This document shows, piece by piece, positions 7,863 through 15,683 of a DNA stretch of 20,000 bases (positions within the stretch are counted from its first letter, which is position 1; each line of letters opens with the position of its first letter). The position numbers were made by a program, and so were the translations under genes. The notes beneath the pieces were generated by a model. It had not been told where the DNA came from. It saw nothing but the letters and a program-made list of their open reading frames with translations, and searched no databases. This DNA comes from an uncultured virus (IMG/VR IMGVR_UViG_3300025674_006584). Lineage: Duplodnaviria; Heunggongvirae; Uroviricota; Caudoviricetes. The stretch lies in the IMG/VR virus record IMGVR_UViG_3300025674_006584. One strand, written 5' to 3'.

Positions 7863-7896
7863 TAACCCCCATATATATAAAATATATATCTTCCTT

Positions 7897-7926
7897 AACC
7901 TCAGCTGTAGTGGCTGAGGTTTTTTT
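7897..7926 (+). terminator. intrinsic terminator closing the ncRNA transcript
   Basis: AACCTCAGC-TGTAGTG-GCTGAGGTT followed by a T-run. Confidence 0.88.
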
Positions 7927-7936
7927 CTTTTATAGA

Positions 7937-7944
7937 TATTTATA
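7937..7944 (+). promoter_or_regulatory. TATTTATA putative phage promoter
   Basis: Lies 4 nt upstream of ATG 7949 and just after the terminator. Confidence 0.5.
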
Positions 7945-7948
7945 ACTA

Positions 7949-8686
7949 ATGAAAGACCTAATTAGAAAAATACTAAGAGAAGAATACTCAGGTACTATTG
8001 ATTATTCATATGATGATATGAGCAAGGCATTTAAGGATGTATTCTCAGATTATAAAAGAGATGAGACAGCCAAATATCTTGAAGGTATAGTAGGTATACA
8101 TACTATAGGTGAACGTATGGGTAAAAAACACATTGATTGGTCAATAATCAATTTCTTTGATTCTAATAGGACATTAAAACCAATTGTTTTAAGAGATTTA
8201 AAATCTATAGAATTTGATAATATTGTTGATGGTTTGAAACAATTGTTAAGTGATGAAGTAAAACTTAAAGGTTACTTAGATTTAGTATGGGATAAAATTA
8301 AAAGAGGTTTTGAAGCTGAAAATAAATTCGTAGATAGATTAATAGAAAAAAATAAGAACGTTGAATATTCAGGTGAACCTGGTACTAAAGAGGATAAATA
8401 TAGTGGTGTTGATGCAAAAGTGGGTGGAAAAGGAATACAAGTAAAACATGCAAATTCAGTTAAAAAATTATTCACAAACAATGAGGGTAAAGAATTTTAT
8501 CAAGTAATAATAAAGGGAACAAAAGCACCAAACTACAAACAAAAAAATAAAGTTAATTTTTTGGCTTTTTATGTCCCTAATGAAGACACATTCTTCTTAT
8601 TTCAAAATTCAGGTTACTCCCAAAATTACGATAATAATAAAAGAATTAATATTCTTACCTTTAATAGAAAACCTTGGGAAATATGA
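7949..8686 (+). CDS. hypothetical protein, possible PD-(D/E)XK nuclease fold
   Basis: GFEAE helix ... EDKYSGVD-x7-IQVK; basic C-terminal half; N-terminal MKDLIRKILREE leader. Confidence 0.55.
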   Translation: MKDLIRKILREEYSGTIDYSYDDMSKAFKDVFSDYKRDETAKYLEGIVGIHTIGERMGKKHIDWSIINFFDSNRTLKPIVLRDLKSIEFDNIVDGLKQLLSDEVKLKGYLDLVWDKIKRGFEAENKFVDRLIEKNKNVEYSGEPGTKEDKYSGVDAKVGGKGIQVKHANSVKKLFTNNEGKEFYQVIIKGTKAPNYKQKNKVNFLAFYVPNEDTFFLFQNSGYSQNYDNNKRINILTFNRKPWEI

Positions 8687-9048
8687 ACGAAGTACCTGAA
8701 ATATTAAAAAAACAAATTGATGATTTATTTGTTGGTATTGAAGGTCATGAGTTACATGACAGAGATTTACCTGGGTGGTTTACAGATAGTATAGTGTTTC
8801 ATAGAAATGGTAAACCTCTATTTATGGTGAGTAGAAACATTATGATGGGAATCGACGTTAGAATATTCCCATCAATGTCAAATGTTATTTTATTTGGATA
8901 TGAACACTCACCTGAGATGGAAGAGTATTTTGAAGAAAAATTAAGAAATGAGTTAAATTTAGACTTCGATATGTCTTATGTAATGAATAGAGAGACAGAG
9001 AAAAAATATCTCGAAGTACTAATCCCACTTTTAAAAGGAGAGGACTAA
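8683..9048 (+). CDS. hypothetical protein
   Basis: Start re-called to ATG 8683 (ATGA overlap with the upstream stop). Confidence 0.7.
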   Translation: MNEVPEILKKQIDDLFVGIEGHELHDRDLPGWFTDSIVFHRNGKPLFMVSRNIMMGIDVRIFPSMSNVILFGYEHSPEMEEYFEEKLRNELNLDFDMSYVMNRETEKKYLEVLIPLLKGED

Positions 9049-9986
9049 GTAAGGTAAGACTGCAACCACTCTTTTATTGTTATAGGGTTAAATTCCTTTT
9101 CTTTTGATTTATAATACTTAATAAGTTTCAAAGAAGATAATCTATACTTCCTATCGTGACCCAATCTGTCAGGGACATATTCAAAAGTAACTTCCTTTCC
9201 TATTATTTCTGATATTAACTCAATTAATTCTTTGTTTTTATATGTACCCTCAGTATGGTGTTTTACTGAAGTACCTATATTGTATATATCATTAACAACA
9301 TCATCATCCATCATTAAATCATATATAACTTTTACATTATCTTTTACATACATCCACTCTCTAGAGTGTAAACCATCACCATATAAAGGAACGGTCTTAC
9401 CATTCTTAATAGAGTCAAATATTTTAGGTAAAAACTTCTCTTTATGTTGGTTTTCACCAAAATTATTACATGTTCTAGTGATTAGATACGGTAAATCAAA
9501 AGTTCGGTGAGCGGATAATACAATCATATCTGAGGAAGCTTTTGTCGATGAATAGTACGAACTTGGATTTAAATGATACTCTTCAGTTGATGACTTGTTC
9601 AACATCAACTTATCATCCATATCACCATATACTTCATCTGTGGATATATGAATAAACTTTTTTAATTTTTTATTCTTTCTAGCACATTCCACTAAGTTAT
9701 AAGTTCCCATAACATTTGTTGTTATAAATGGTCTACCATTCTCTATGGAGTTATCGACATGACTTTCAGCTGCGAAGTGCACAATATAATCATATTCACC
9801 TAAATCTTCAGGTGATACATCACAAATGTCTTTTATTAGTAAAGGTACATCACCATTAATATTGTTTCTATCAGATGCATATGTTTCCTTGTCAACAATT
9901 AATATATCAAAGTCCGTTTTTTCAGTCAATAAATTAACAAAATTGGAACCTATAAAACCTAAACCACCTGTTACGATAATTCTCAT
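9045..9986 (-). CDS. rfbB: dTDP-glucose 4,6-dehydratase
   Basis: Motifs TGGLGFIG, HFAAESHVDNSI, HISTDEVYG, YSSTK (YxxxK), CNNFG and DRLGHDRKY. Confidence 0.93.
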   Translation of the reverse strand: MRIIVTGGLGFIGSNFVNLLTEKTDFDILIVDKETYASDRNNINGDVPLLIKDICDVSPEDLGEYDYIVHFAAESHVDNSIENGRPFITTNVMGTYNLVECARKNKKLKKFIHISTDEVYGDMDDKLMLNKSSTEEYHLNPSSYYSSTKASSDMIVLSAHRTFDLPYLITRTCNNFGENQHKEKFLPKIFDSIKNGKTVPLYGDGLHSREWMYVKDNVKVIYDLMMDDDVVNDIYNIGTSVKHHTEGTYKNKELIELISEIIGKEVTFEYVPDRLGHDRKYRLSSLKLIKYYKSKEKEFNPITIKEWLQSYLT

Positions 9987-10027
9987 AATATTTTTTTCAA
10001 AATTATAGGAAGTATAAATTATTTGTC

Positions 10028-10035
10028 TATATTTG
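10028..10035 (+). promoter_or_regulatory. Bacteroidota -7 promoter element
   Basis: TATATTTG 4 nt before ATG 10040; the -33 element is weak. Confidence 0.55.
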
Positions 10036-10039
10036 TGTT

Positions 10040-10294
10040 ATGGAAAACCACGAAATCTCTTTCAATCTGTTCGATAACATGATTCACAACGAACCAATGC
10101 GTTGGCAATCATTGGAGTGTGACATTGAAGGTAACACCTTCTTTCTCTACCATCTTAATAACTATATTAATAACTACCCGATTCATGAATTGATGGTAGA
10201 AGAAATTCCTGAAGAGTATGAATATCTCTTTGGTGAATGTACTATTGAAGAATTAACACAAGTTAGAGAGGAGTTGCTTGTTTGTTTGAATTAA
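10040..10294 (+). CDS. small acidic hypothetical protein (probable early gene)
   Basis: 84 aa ORF directly behind a host-type promoter. Confidence 0.7.
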   Translation: MENHEISFNLFDNMIHNEPMRWQSLECDIEGNTFFLYHLNNYINNYPIHELMVEEIPEEYEYLFGECTIEELTQVREELLVCLN

Positions 10295-10308
10295 TTGTCT
10301 TATATTTG
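10278..10308 (+). promoter_or_regulatory. Bacteroidota promoter
   Basis: TTG (10278-10280)-20 nt-TATATTTG (10301-10308), with ATG at 10313. Confidence 0.6.
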
Positions 10309-10312
10309 TGAT

Positions 10313-10576
10313 ATGAAAAACGTAGTTATCATCCACCCACAGTTCGGTCAACTCCTCAACCAACAGTTCGATAATGAACAAGACCAACACAAGATTTACC
10401 TTAACGCTATTTACTCAGCTTTGTCTTTGAAAAATCCAATGACTATGTTTAATGGTGTTGACAATCTCATTCATATCCCTTATGATATCCTTAAGGACTG
10501 TGTGATTGTAGGAGGCACGTCCAAGATGACTCTCGGTCAATACGCTATCTCGAAGATGACAGAGGGAGTTATCTAA
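10313..10576 (+). CDS. hypothetical protein (probable early gene)
   Basis: Start re-called to ATG 10313 (MKNVVII), because the upstream TTG extension runs through the promoter. Confidence 0.7.
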   Translation: MKNVVIIHPQFGQLLNQQFDNEQDQHKIYLNAIYSALSLKNPMTMFNGVDNLIHIPYDILKDCVIVGGTSKMTLGQYAISKMTEGVI

Positions 10577-10621
10577 CCCTGTTAACAACAGGTGGTGGAG
10601 TCCGACATCCAAGTCGGCCTT

Positions 10622-10652
10622 AAAGGTGGAGTTAATACTTCACCTTTTTTTT
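10622..10652 (+). terminator. intrinsic terminator
   Basis: AAAGGTGGAG-TTAATA-CTTCACCTTT followed by a T-run. Confidence 0.85.
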
Positions 10653-10689
10653 ATTGTGGTGATATTTATTAAGTATAAAACACTACAAT

Positions 10690-10986
10690 ATGGGTAATAT
10701 AGTTATTACAGAAGAACAATTAAAAAGGTTAAGGAAGAATATAAACGAGAACAAAGATGGTTCGTATATGGCAAAACAACAATTGTTTACAATAGCGACA
10801 TTAGCTTACAAGATGTGGGAGTTGATGGAAGAAGGTGAACAATTAGAAGATTGGATGGAGAGTAAGATTGCACAAGCAGAACAGGGGGTAGTTGCAACAG
10901 TGAAGGCTTACATGTACGATGAGGTTGAGGATGAGATAAAGGGTATGGATACTCTTAACTATGGTGATTTAGTTATTGGAACTTAA
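10690..10986 (+). CDS. phage hypothetical protein with N-terminal leader (IVITEEQLKRL..INE)
   Basis: GSYMAKQQL..LEDWMESKIAQA resembles a large-phage repeat-type domain; TATTTAT at 10663-10669. Confidence 0.75.
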   Translation: MGNIVITEEQLKRLRKNINENKDGSYMAKQQLFTIATLAYKMWELMEEGEQLEDWMESKIAQAEQGVVATVKAYMYDEVEDEIKGMDTLNYGDLVIGT

Positions 10987-11009
10987 TTAAATTAAAACTT
11001 GAAAAATAA

Positions 11010-11044
11010 AAACCTTTCTCTTACTATTAGGGAAAGGTTTTTTT
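11010..11044 (+). terminator. intrinsic terminator
   Basis: AAACCTTTCTCT-TACTATT-AGGGAAAGGTTT followed by a T-run. Confidence 0.75.
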
Positions 11045-11070
11045 ATAAACAAAAAATAAAATTATATAAT

Positions 11071-11283
11071 ATGGTACATTTACTTTTTAACACTTACGAA
11101 CACACATTAGAAGTAAACTTTATGCAAACACATGACAGAGATAAGTTTGATAATGTTACAACAATAAAAACACATGAAGAAGGATATTATGAAGTCCTAC
11201 AAAGACAAGATATTAGTGGTAAAAACGCACCACTATTTAGATTTCCAGTCGAAACCACAATAATTCAATTCGTCCATGAATAA
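11071..11283 (+). CDS. hypothetical protein
   Basis: Start re-called to ATG 11071, because the upstream extension crosses a terminator. Confidence 0.65.
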   Translation: MVHLLFNTYEHTLEVNFMQTHDRDKFDNVTTIKTHEEGYYEVLQRQDISGKNAPLFRFPVETTIIQFVHE

Positions 11284-11518
11284 TATTAGTGAGGAAGAGT
11301 TTGATGAAGACCACTCAATGGATATGTTATTAAACGATATGATTAATAAATTAAGAACCGTTAGAGTTAGATTCGCAAACGAGTCAAACTACATAGTTTT
11401 AAATGGATTTCAGTTGGAAAATTTTGAAAAGATTGAGGAGTTTGAAGGGGAGGTTTATGGGATTTATAAAGGACAACATTTGATGATTGACAAAGAAGAT
11501 TACAAAAATTTGGTATGA
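11276..11518 (+). CDS. hypothetical protein
   Basis: 80 aa ORF overlapping both neighbours. Confidence 0.65.
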   Translation: MNNISEEEFDEDHSMDMLLNDMINKLRTVRVRFANESNYIVLNGFQLENFEKIEEFEGEVYGIYKGQHLMIDKEDYKNLV

Positions 11519-12555
11519 TGAACAAATTAGATAAACAATATCAGGAACTACTAAAGACAATAATAGAATATGGTGTAGATAAAAAAGATAGAACTGGAAC
11601 GGGTACTAAATCTATCTTTGGTTATACGATACGTCATAATATGAAAGAAGGATTCCCTCTTCTAACTACTAAAAAAATGGCTATTAAGCCACTTATGACT
11701 GAGTTAAAGTGGTTTTTAAAGGGAGATACTAATATAAGGTATTTAATTGAGAACAACTGTAAGATTTGGAACGGTGACGCTTATAAAAATTATAAATTAA
11801 AAAACTTATTTGCCACTGATGTTGATTATCTAACAATGGAGGAGTTTGTTGAACAAATCATATCAGATGATAAGTTTGCTAAGTTGTATGGTGAGTTAGG
11901 GCCTGTATATGGGAAACAATGGAAAATGTGGGACAAATATGACCATGAACTTATAGATAAAGATAAGTTTCCAAATGTCAAATCAAGTGTAGACCAAATA
12001 CAAAATCTAATTGAACAATTAAAAGAAAACCCAGACTCAAGAAGATTAATGGTAAGTGCATGGAACCCTGGTGATATTGATAAGATGGTATTACCTCCCT
12101 GTCATTACGGATTCCAAGTATATACAAGAGAGTTAAACTTAGATGAAAGAATAGACATATATAATAAAGGTGTTAACCCTATGAGTCGTTCAACAGATTA
12201 TTTCCATGAACACATGGACGTATACGGTATTCCAAGACGTGAGATTTCACTAATGTGGAATCAGAGGAGTGTTGACACCTTTTTAGGGTTACCCTTCAAT
12301 ATTGCGTCTTATGCAATGTTATTAGAAATTATTGCAGATGAGGTAAATATGGTACCTGGAGATTTAATTGGTAATTTAGGCGATGTACATCTTTATAATA
12401 ATCATATTGAACAAGCTAAAGAGCAAATAACAAGAGAAGGTTATAAATTACCTAATCTACATCTTATTAGTCAAGATATTTTAAATGGAGAATTTGACTA
12501 TAAAATTAATAATTATGAGTCACACCCAACTATTAAAGCACCGCTAAGTAACTAA
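11515..12555 (+). CDS. thyA: thymidylate synthase
   Basis: Motifs DRTGTGT, FPLLTTKK, LGPVYGKQW, DSRRLMVSAWN, LPPCH, QRSVDTFLGLPFNIASY and GDVHLYNNH. Confidence 0.97.
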   Translation: MMNKLDKQYQELLKTIIEYGVDKKDRTGTGTKSIFGYTIRHNMKEGFPLLTTKKMAIKPLMTELKWFLKGDTNIRYLIENNCKIWNGDAYKNYKLKNLFATDVDYLTMEEFVEQIISDDKFAKLYGELGPVYGKQWKMWDKYDHELIDKDKFPNVKSSVDQIQNLIEQLKENPDSRRLMVSAWNPGDIDKMVLPPCHYGFQVYTRELNLDERIDIYNKGVNPMSRSTDYFHEHMDVYGIPRREISLMWNQRSVDTFLGLPFNIASYAMLLEIIADEVNMVPGDLIGNLGDVHLYNNHIEQAKEQITREGYKLPNLHLISQDILNGEFDYKINNYESHPTIKAPLSN

Positions 12556-12821
12556 TGGTTTTACATATTCATATTTCAGAAATGAAACCTGAAATAAGGA
12601 AAAGGTTTTTAGAGAATGAAATAAAAGGTCTATCGATAGACTATGCGTTTAATGCGGTGATGGGTTTTATAGATGACGAAGAAGTAAAAGTTGTGGATTT
12701 CTCAAACTATTTCAGAGTGGATAACAGAAGTAATACCTATAATTTATATAGCACTTTAACTGAAATAGTAATAGAAATAATTCCAACTAAGAAAATTGAA
12801 ACGTATACAACAATATATTAA
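12555..12821 (+). CDS. hypothetical protein
   Basis: 88 aa ORF with TAATG coupling to thyA. Confidence 0.65.
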   Translation: MVLHIHISEMKPEIRKRFLENEIKGLSIDYAFNAVMGFIDDEEVKVVDFSNYFRVDNRSNTYNLYSTLTEIVIEIIPTKKIETYTTIY

Positions 12822-13510
12822 TATTTGAATTGATACGATAGTTCTCTATCATTAACCTCTTCATTATATTGGAATTCAAAAGAGACCATCATTTTTAAAG
12901 AATCAAAATAAAATTTACCCTGAGAACCCTCGTTAATTTCCCAACCTGGATACTTGTTTAAAAGTTCATAACAATAGTTTTCTACAACATTAGGTATTTT
13001 ATAATTATCTTCCTTTCTTGTTCTACCATCTTCTTCTACCCAACCACTATCACCTGAACCTTGGAAGTCAACTTCTAACTCACCATGACCTTCATTATTG
13101 AGTGTATTTAAAAATTCAATAATATCTTTAGGTAACTCATCAGTATCATAATGATTATTTTCTAGTTCACCCTCAGCATAATAACTGTATTCTCCGTATA
13201 TTCTTACCATACGTTCCTCAGGGTTAATCTCAAAACTATAATTATATATCTCGGTATCACCACCATCAGGGGTATCGACCCAAGTTTCTAATTCATTATT
13301 ACCATTTAAAACGTCCATAAAATCTTCAATAAATTTATCGATAGGTATAGGTGAATTAGTCCATTTACCATTACAGTAAAATTTATTTCCCGAATGTAAA
13401 TTCAAGTTATAAGCGTCTAACTCAAAACTTGCGACGCTGCACTTATTAAGTTCCAAAAACTTTTGGAACATATTTAAGACTACCTTTAATTGATTAAGTT
13501 CTTTTTCCAT
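12818..13510 (-). CDS. protein with C-terminal DUF6878-like domain
   Basis: VDFQGSGDSG ... PGWEINEGSQGKF; TATTTAT on the minus strand just upstream. Confidence 0.7.
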   Translation of the reverse strand: MEKELNQLKVVLNMFQKFLELNKCSVASFELDAYNLNLHSGNKFYCNGKWTNSPIPIDKFIEDFMDVLNGNNELETWVDTPDGGDTEIYNYSFEINPEERMVRIYGEYSYYAEGELENNHYDTDELPKDIIEFLNTLNNEGHGELEVDFQGSGDSGWVEEDGRTRKEDNYKIPNVVENYCYELLNKYPGWEINEGSQGKFYFDSLKMMVSFEFQYNEEVNDRELSYQFKY

Positions 13511-13521
13511 ATAAATAAATA

Positions 13522-13875
13522 TTAGTCATCAAAGTTTAATCTTACAGTACGGGTCATCCACGCAGGTTTTTCTTTATTGTTAAATGCGTCTATCCAATCC
13601 TTGGCGGATGGTATTGTATTATAACAATCTTCTTTTACATGCTGTTCTCCGATATAACGTGTATAAACTACTTTATCGTCAGAATTAACAAATGATTCAC
13701 CGAATATCTTTTCACACTCAAATATACCCTCTGAATGATGTCTGAAAGCCCTATGGTAGCTGTGCCCAATCCATGCTTTTGTTTCATCAAACCAATTATG
13801 AATATCTATATAGTCTTCTACCTTACCTCCAAACTTCTTAACTGAGGATTTTGCGTGTAATAAAGGGTGTGCCAT
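13522..13875 (-). CDS. DUF6915-like protein
   Basis: MAHPLLHAKSS..FGG..DYIDIHNWFDETK..HRAFRHHSEGIF..EQHVKED..IPSAKDW; likely start MAHP at 13875 (alternative 13893). Confidence 0.8.
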   Translation of the reverse strand: MAHPLLHAKSSVKKFGGKVEDYIDIHNWFDETKAWIGHSYHRAFRHHSEGIFECEKIFGESFVNSDDKVVYTRYIGEQHVKEDCYNTIPSAKDWIDAFNNKEKPAWMTRTVRLNFDD

Positions 13876-13924
13876 ACTTGATTGTTTAACCATATATATT
13901 ATAATTAAGTGTTAATAAAAAGAA

Positions 13925-14932
13925 ATGATTGAATACGCAGATATTATAGTCGATTTACAGGCAGGCGACACAGGAAAAGGAAAAGTCGCACACAGTTTGG
14001 CAAAAACTGATAATGAATACACTCACGTAATAAGATACAATGGAGGTGGTAATGCAGGACACACCATTTACCACGATGGTGTTAAGTACGTAACACACTA
14101 CATACCTGTAGGTGTTATATATGGACTTAAGTCAGTTATCGGACCTGGTTGTGTAGTAAATCCTGAAAAACTTGAAGAAGAGATAAAGGAGTTAGAAAAA
14201 GGAGGATTCAAAGTAAGAGAGAACCTACTAATTGACAGAAGGGTACATATAACCAAACCTGAATACATTGAAGAAGATTCAAAAGACGAAAAGATTGGTA
14301 CCACCAAAACAGGTAACGGTCAAACATATAGAGAAAAATATAACAGAACAGGATTACGTGCTGAAGATTGTGAAGAAGTATTTGATTATGTAATTGATAT
14401 ATACGATGAACTTCATGGTAAAGAAGATGTTAAAATTCTATTTGAAGGTGCTCAGGGTTTTGAATTAGATATAGATTGGGGTGATTATCCTTACGTTACA
14501 TCATCACATTGTACAGTTGCAGGTGCATTACAGAACGGAGTACCTTCACAAAAGGTAAGAAAGGTATATGGTGTTGCGAAGGCTTATAGAACTTATGTAG
14601 GTAACAAAAAGTTTGAAGACACATCAAGAACCTTTAACCTTATTAGAGAAGTAGGAAAAGAATATGGGGCCACAACAGGGAGACCAAGACAAATTGGTTG
14701 GTTTGATATTGACGATGTTAAAAAAGCAATTAATATTAATGGAGTGACCAACTTGGTAGTCAACAAAATTGATGTATTGGAACAAACAAAGTCATTTAAA
14801 ATGATTGACAATGGAAACCTATTAACCTTCAATGATAAAAGGTTATTTAAAGGTTTTATTATTCAAGAACTTTTAAAATGTTGTCCGACACTCAAAGAAG
14901 TTGCATTTAGTGAGTCACCATATGAAATATAA
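13925..14932 (+). CDS. purA: adenylosuccinate synthetase (short form)
   Basis: Motifs GDTGKGK, GGGNAGHT, IGTTKTG, EGAQG, YPYVTSS, GATTGRPR and NKIDVL. Confidence 0.93.
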   Translation: MIEYADIIVDLQAGDTGKGKVAHSLAKTDNEYTHVIRYNGGGNAGHTIYHDGVKYVTHYIPVGVIYGLKSVIGPGCVVNPEKLEEEIKELEKGGFKVRENLLIDRRVHITKPEYIEEDSKDEKIGTTKTGNGQTYREKYNRTGLRAEDCEEVFDYVIDIYDELHGKEDVKILFEGAQGFELDIDWGDYPYVTSSHCTVAGALQNGVPSQKVRKVYGVAKAYRTYVGNKKFEDTSRTFNLIREVGKEYGATTGRPRQIGWFDIDDVKKAININGVTNLVVNKIDVLEQTKSFKMIDNGNLLTFNDKRLFKGFIIQELLKCCPTLKEVAFSESPYEI

Positions 14933-14944
14933 AAACTGAAATAA

Positions 14945-15301
14945 ATGGAATTTCACTCAGCAAAAAGACTTTCGGAAGAGGGTCAACAAAAAGTGGCACT
15001 CGTAGATATAGACGAAACTATATGTTACTACGAAGACCCTGAAAATAGAAGGTATAATCTTTCAATACCGATACAGGAAAATATTGATAAGATTAATAAA
15101 TTATATGACGAAGGTTGGAAGATAGTGTATTGGACGGCAAGAGGTTCAGTTTCTAAGAAAGACTATACTGATTACACGAGAGAACAACTTACAGAATGGG
15201 GATGTAAATTTCATGATTTAGTTACAGGAATGAGCCCGAACCCTAAACCACATTTTGACTTAGTTATTGACGACAAGGCGAAACGAATTGAGGAATTGTG
15301 A
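14945..15301 (+). CDS. capless HAD-superfamily phosphatase
   Basis: Motifs VDIDETI (DxDxT), YWTARG and KP..LVIDDKA. Confidence 0.85.
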   Translation: MEFHSAKRLSEEGQQKVALVDIDETICYYEDPENRRYNLSIPIQENIDKINKLYDEGWKIVYWTARGSVSKKDYTDYTREQLTEWGCKFHDLVTGMSPNPKPHFDLVIDDKAKRIEEL

Positions 15302-15675
15302 AGGCTATAGTTGCAGTAAATAATTTAGGTTTTATAGGTTTAGATGACAAATTACTTTGGTACAATAAAGAGGATTTAAGACACTTTAAAAACATGACCT
15401 ATGGTAGTACACTATTAGTGGGATATCGTACTGCTATGGCTCTCCCACCACTTAAAAACAGGGAGTTGATTATATTTGACAGGAGGGAACATTCACCAAC
15501 CCATTACTATGAGTGTGAATGGTGTATTGGTGGTAAAAAAACATATGAAAAGTTTTGTGACTCATTTACAGAGTTACATATTTCACACATCAACAATAAT
15601 GAAATTGGTAATGTAACTTTTCCAAATTTATATAAACTAAATACTAATTGTAAAATATTTAATTATTATTTTTAA
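15298..15675 (+). CDS. folA: dihydrofolate reductase (compact)
   Basis: AIVAV..GFIG..LLW..EDLRHFKNMT..LVGYRT..IGGKKTY; GTG start. Confidence 0.88.
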   Translation: MKAIVAVNNLGFIGLDDKLLWYNKEDLRHFKNMTYGSTLLVGYRTAMALPPLKNRELIIFDRREHSPTHYYECEWCIGGKKTYEKFCDSFTELHISHINNNEIGNVTFPNLYKLNTNCKIFNYYF

Positions 15676-15683
15676 AAATACAC

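Noticed and set aside
10999..11070. TTG-start extension of the 10999-11283 ORF
   Set aside because: It runs through an intrinsic terminator; ATG 11071 is more plausible.
13925..14932. PurZ (2-aminoadenine / Z-genome pathway)
   Set aside because: The catalytic Asp is retained (GDTGKG, not GSTGKG), the GTP-type NKxD is present, and no datZ-like gene is in the window.
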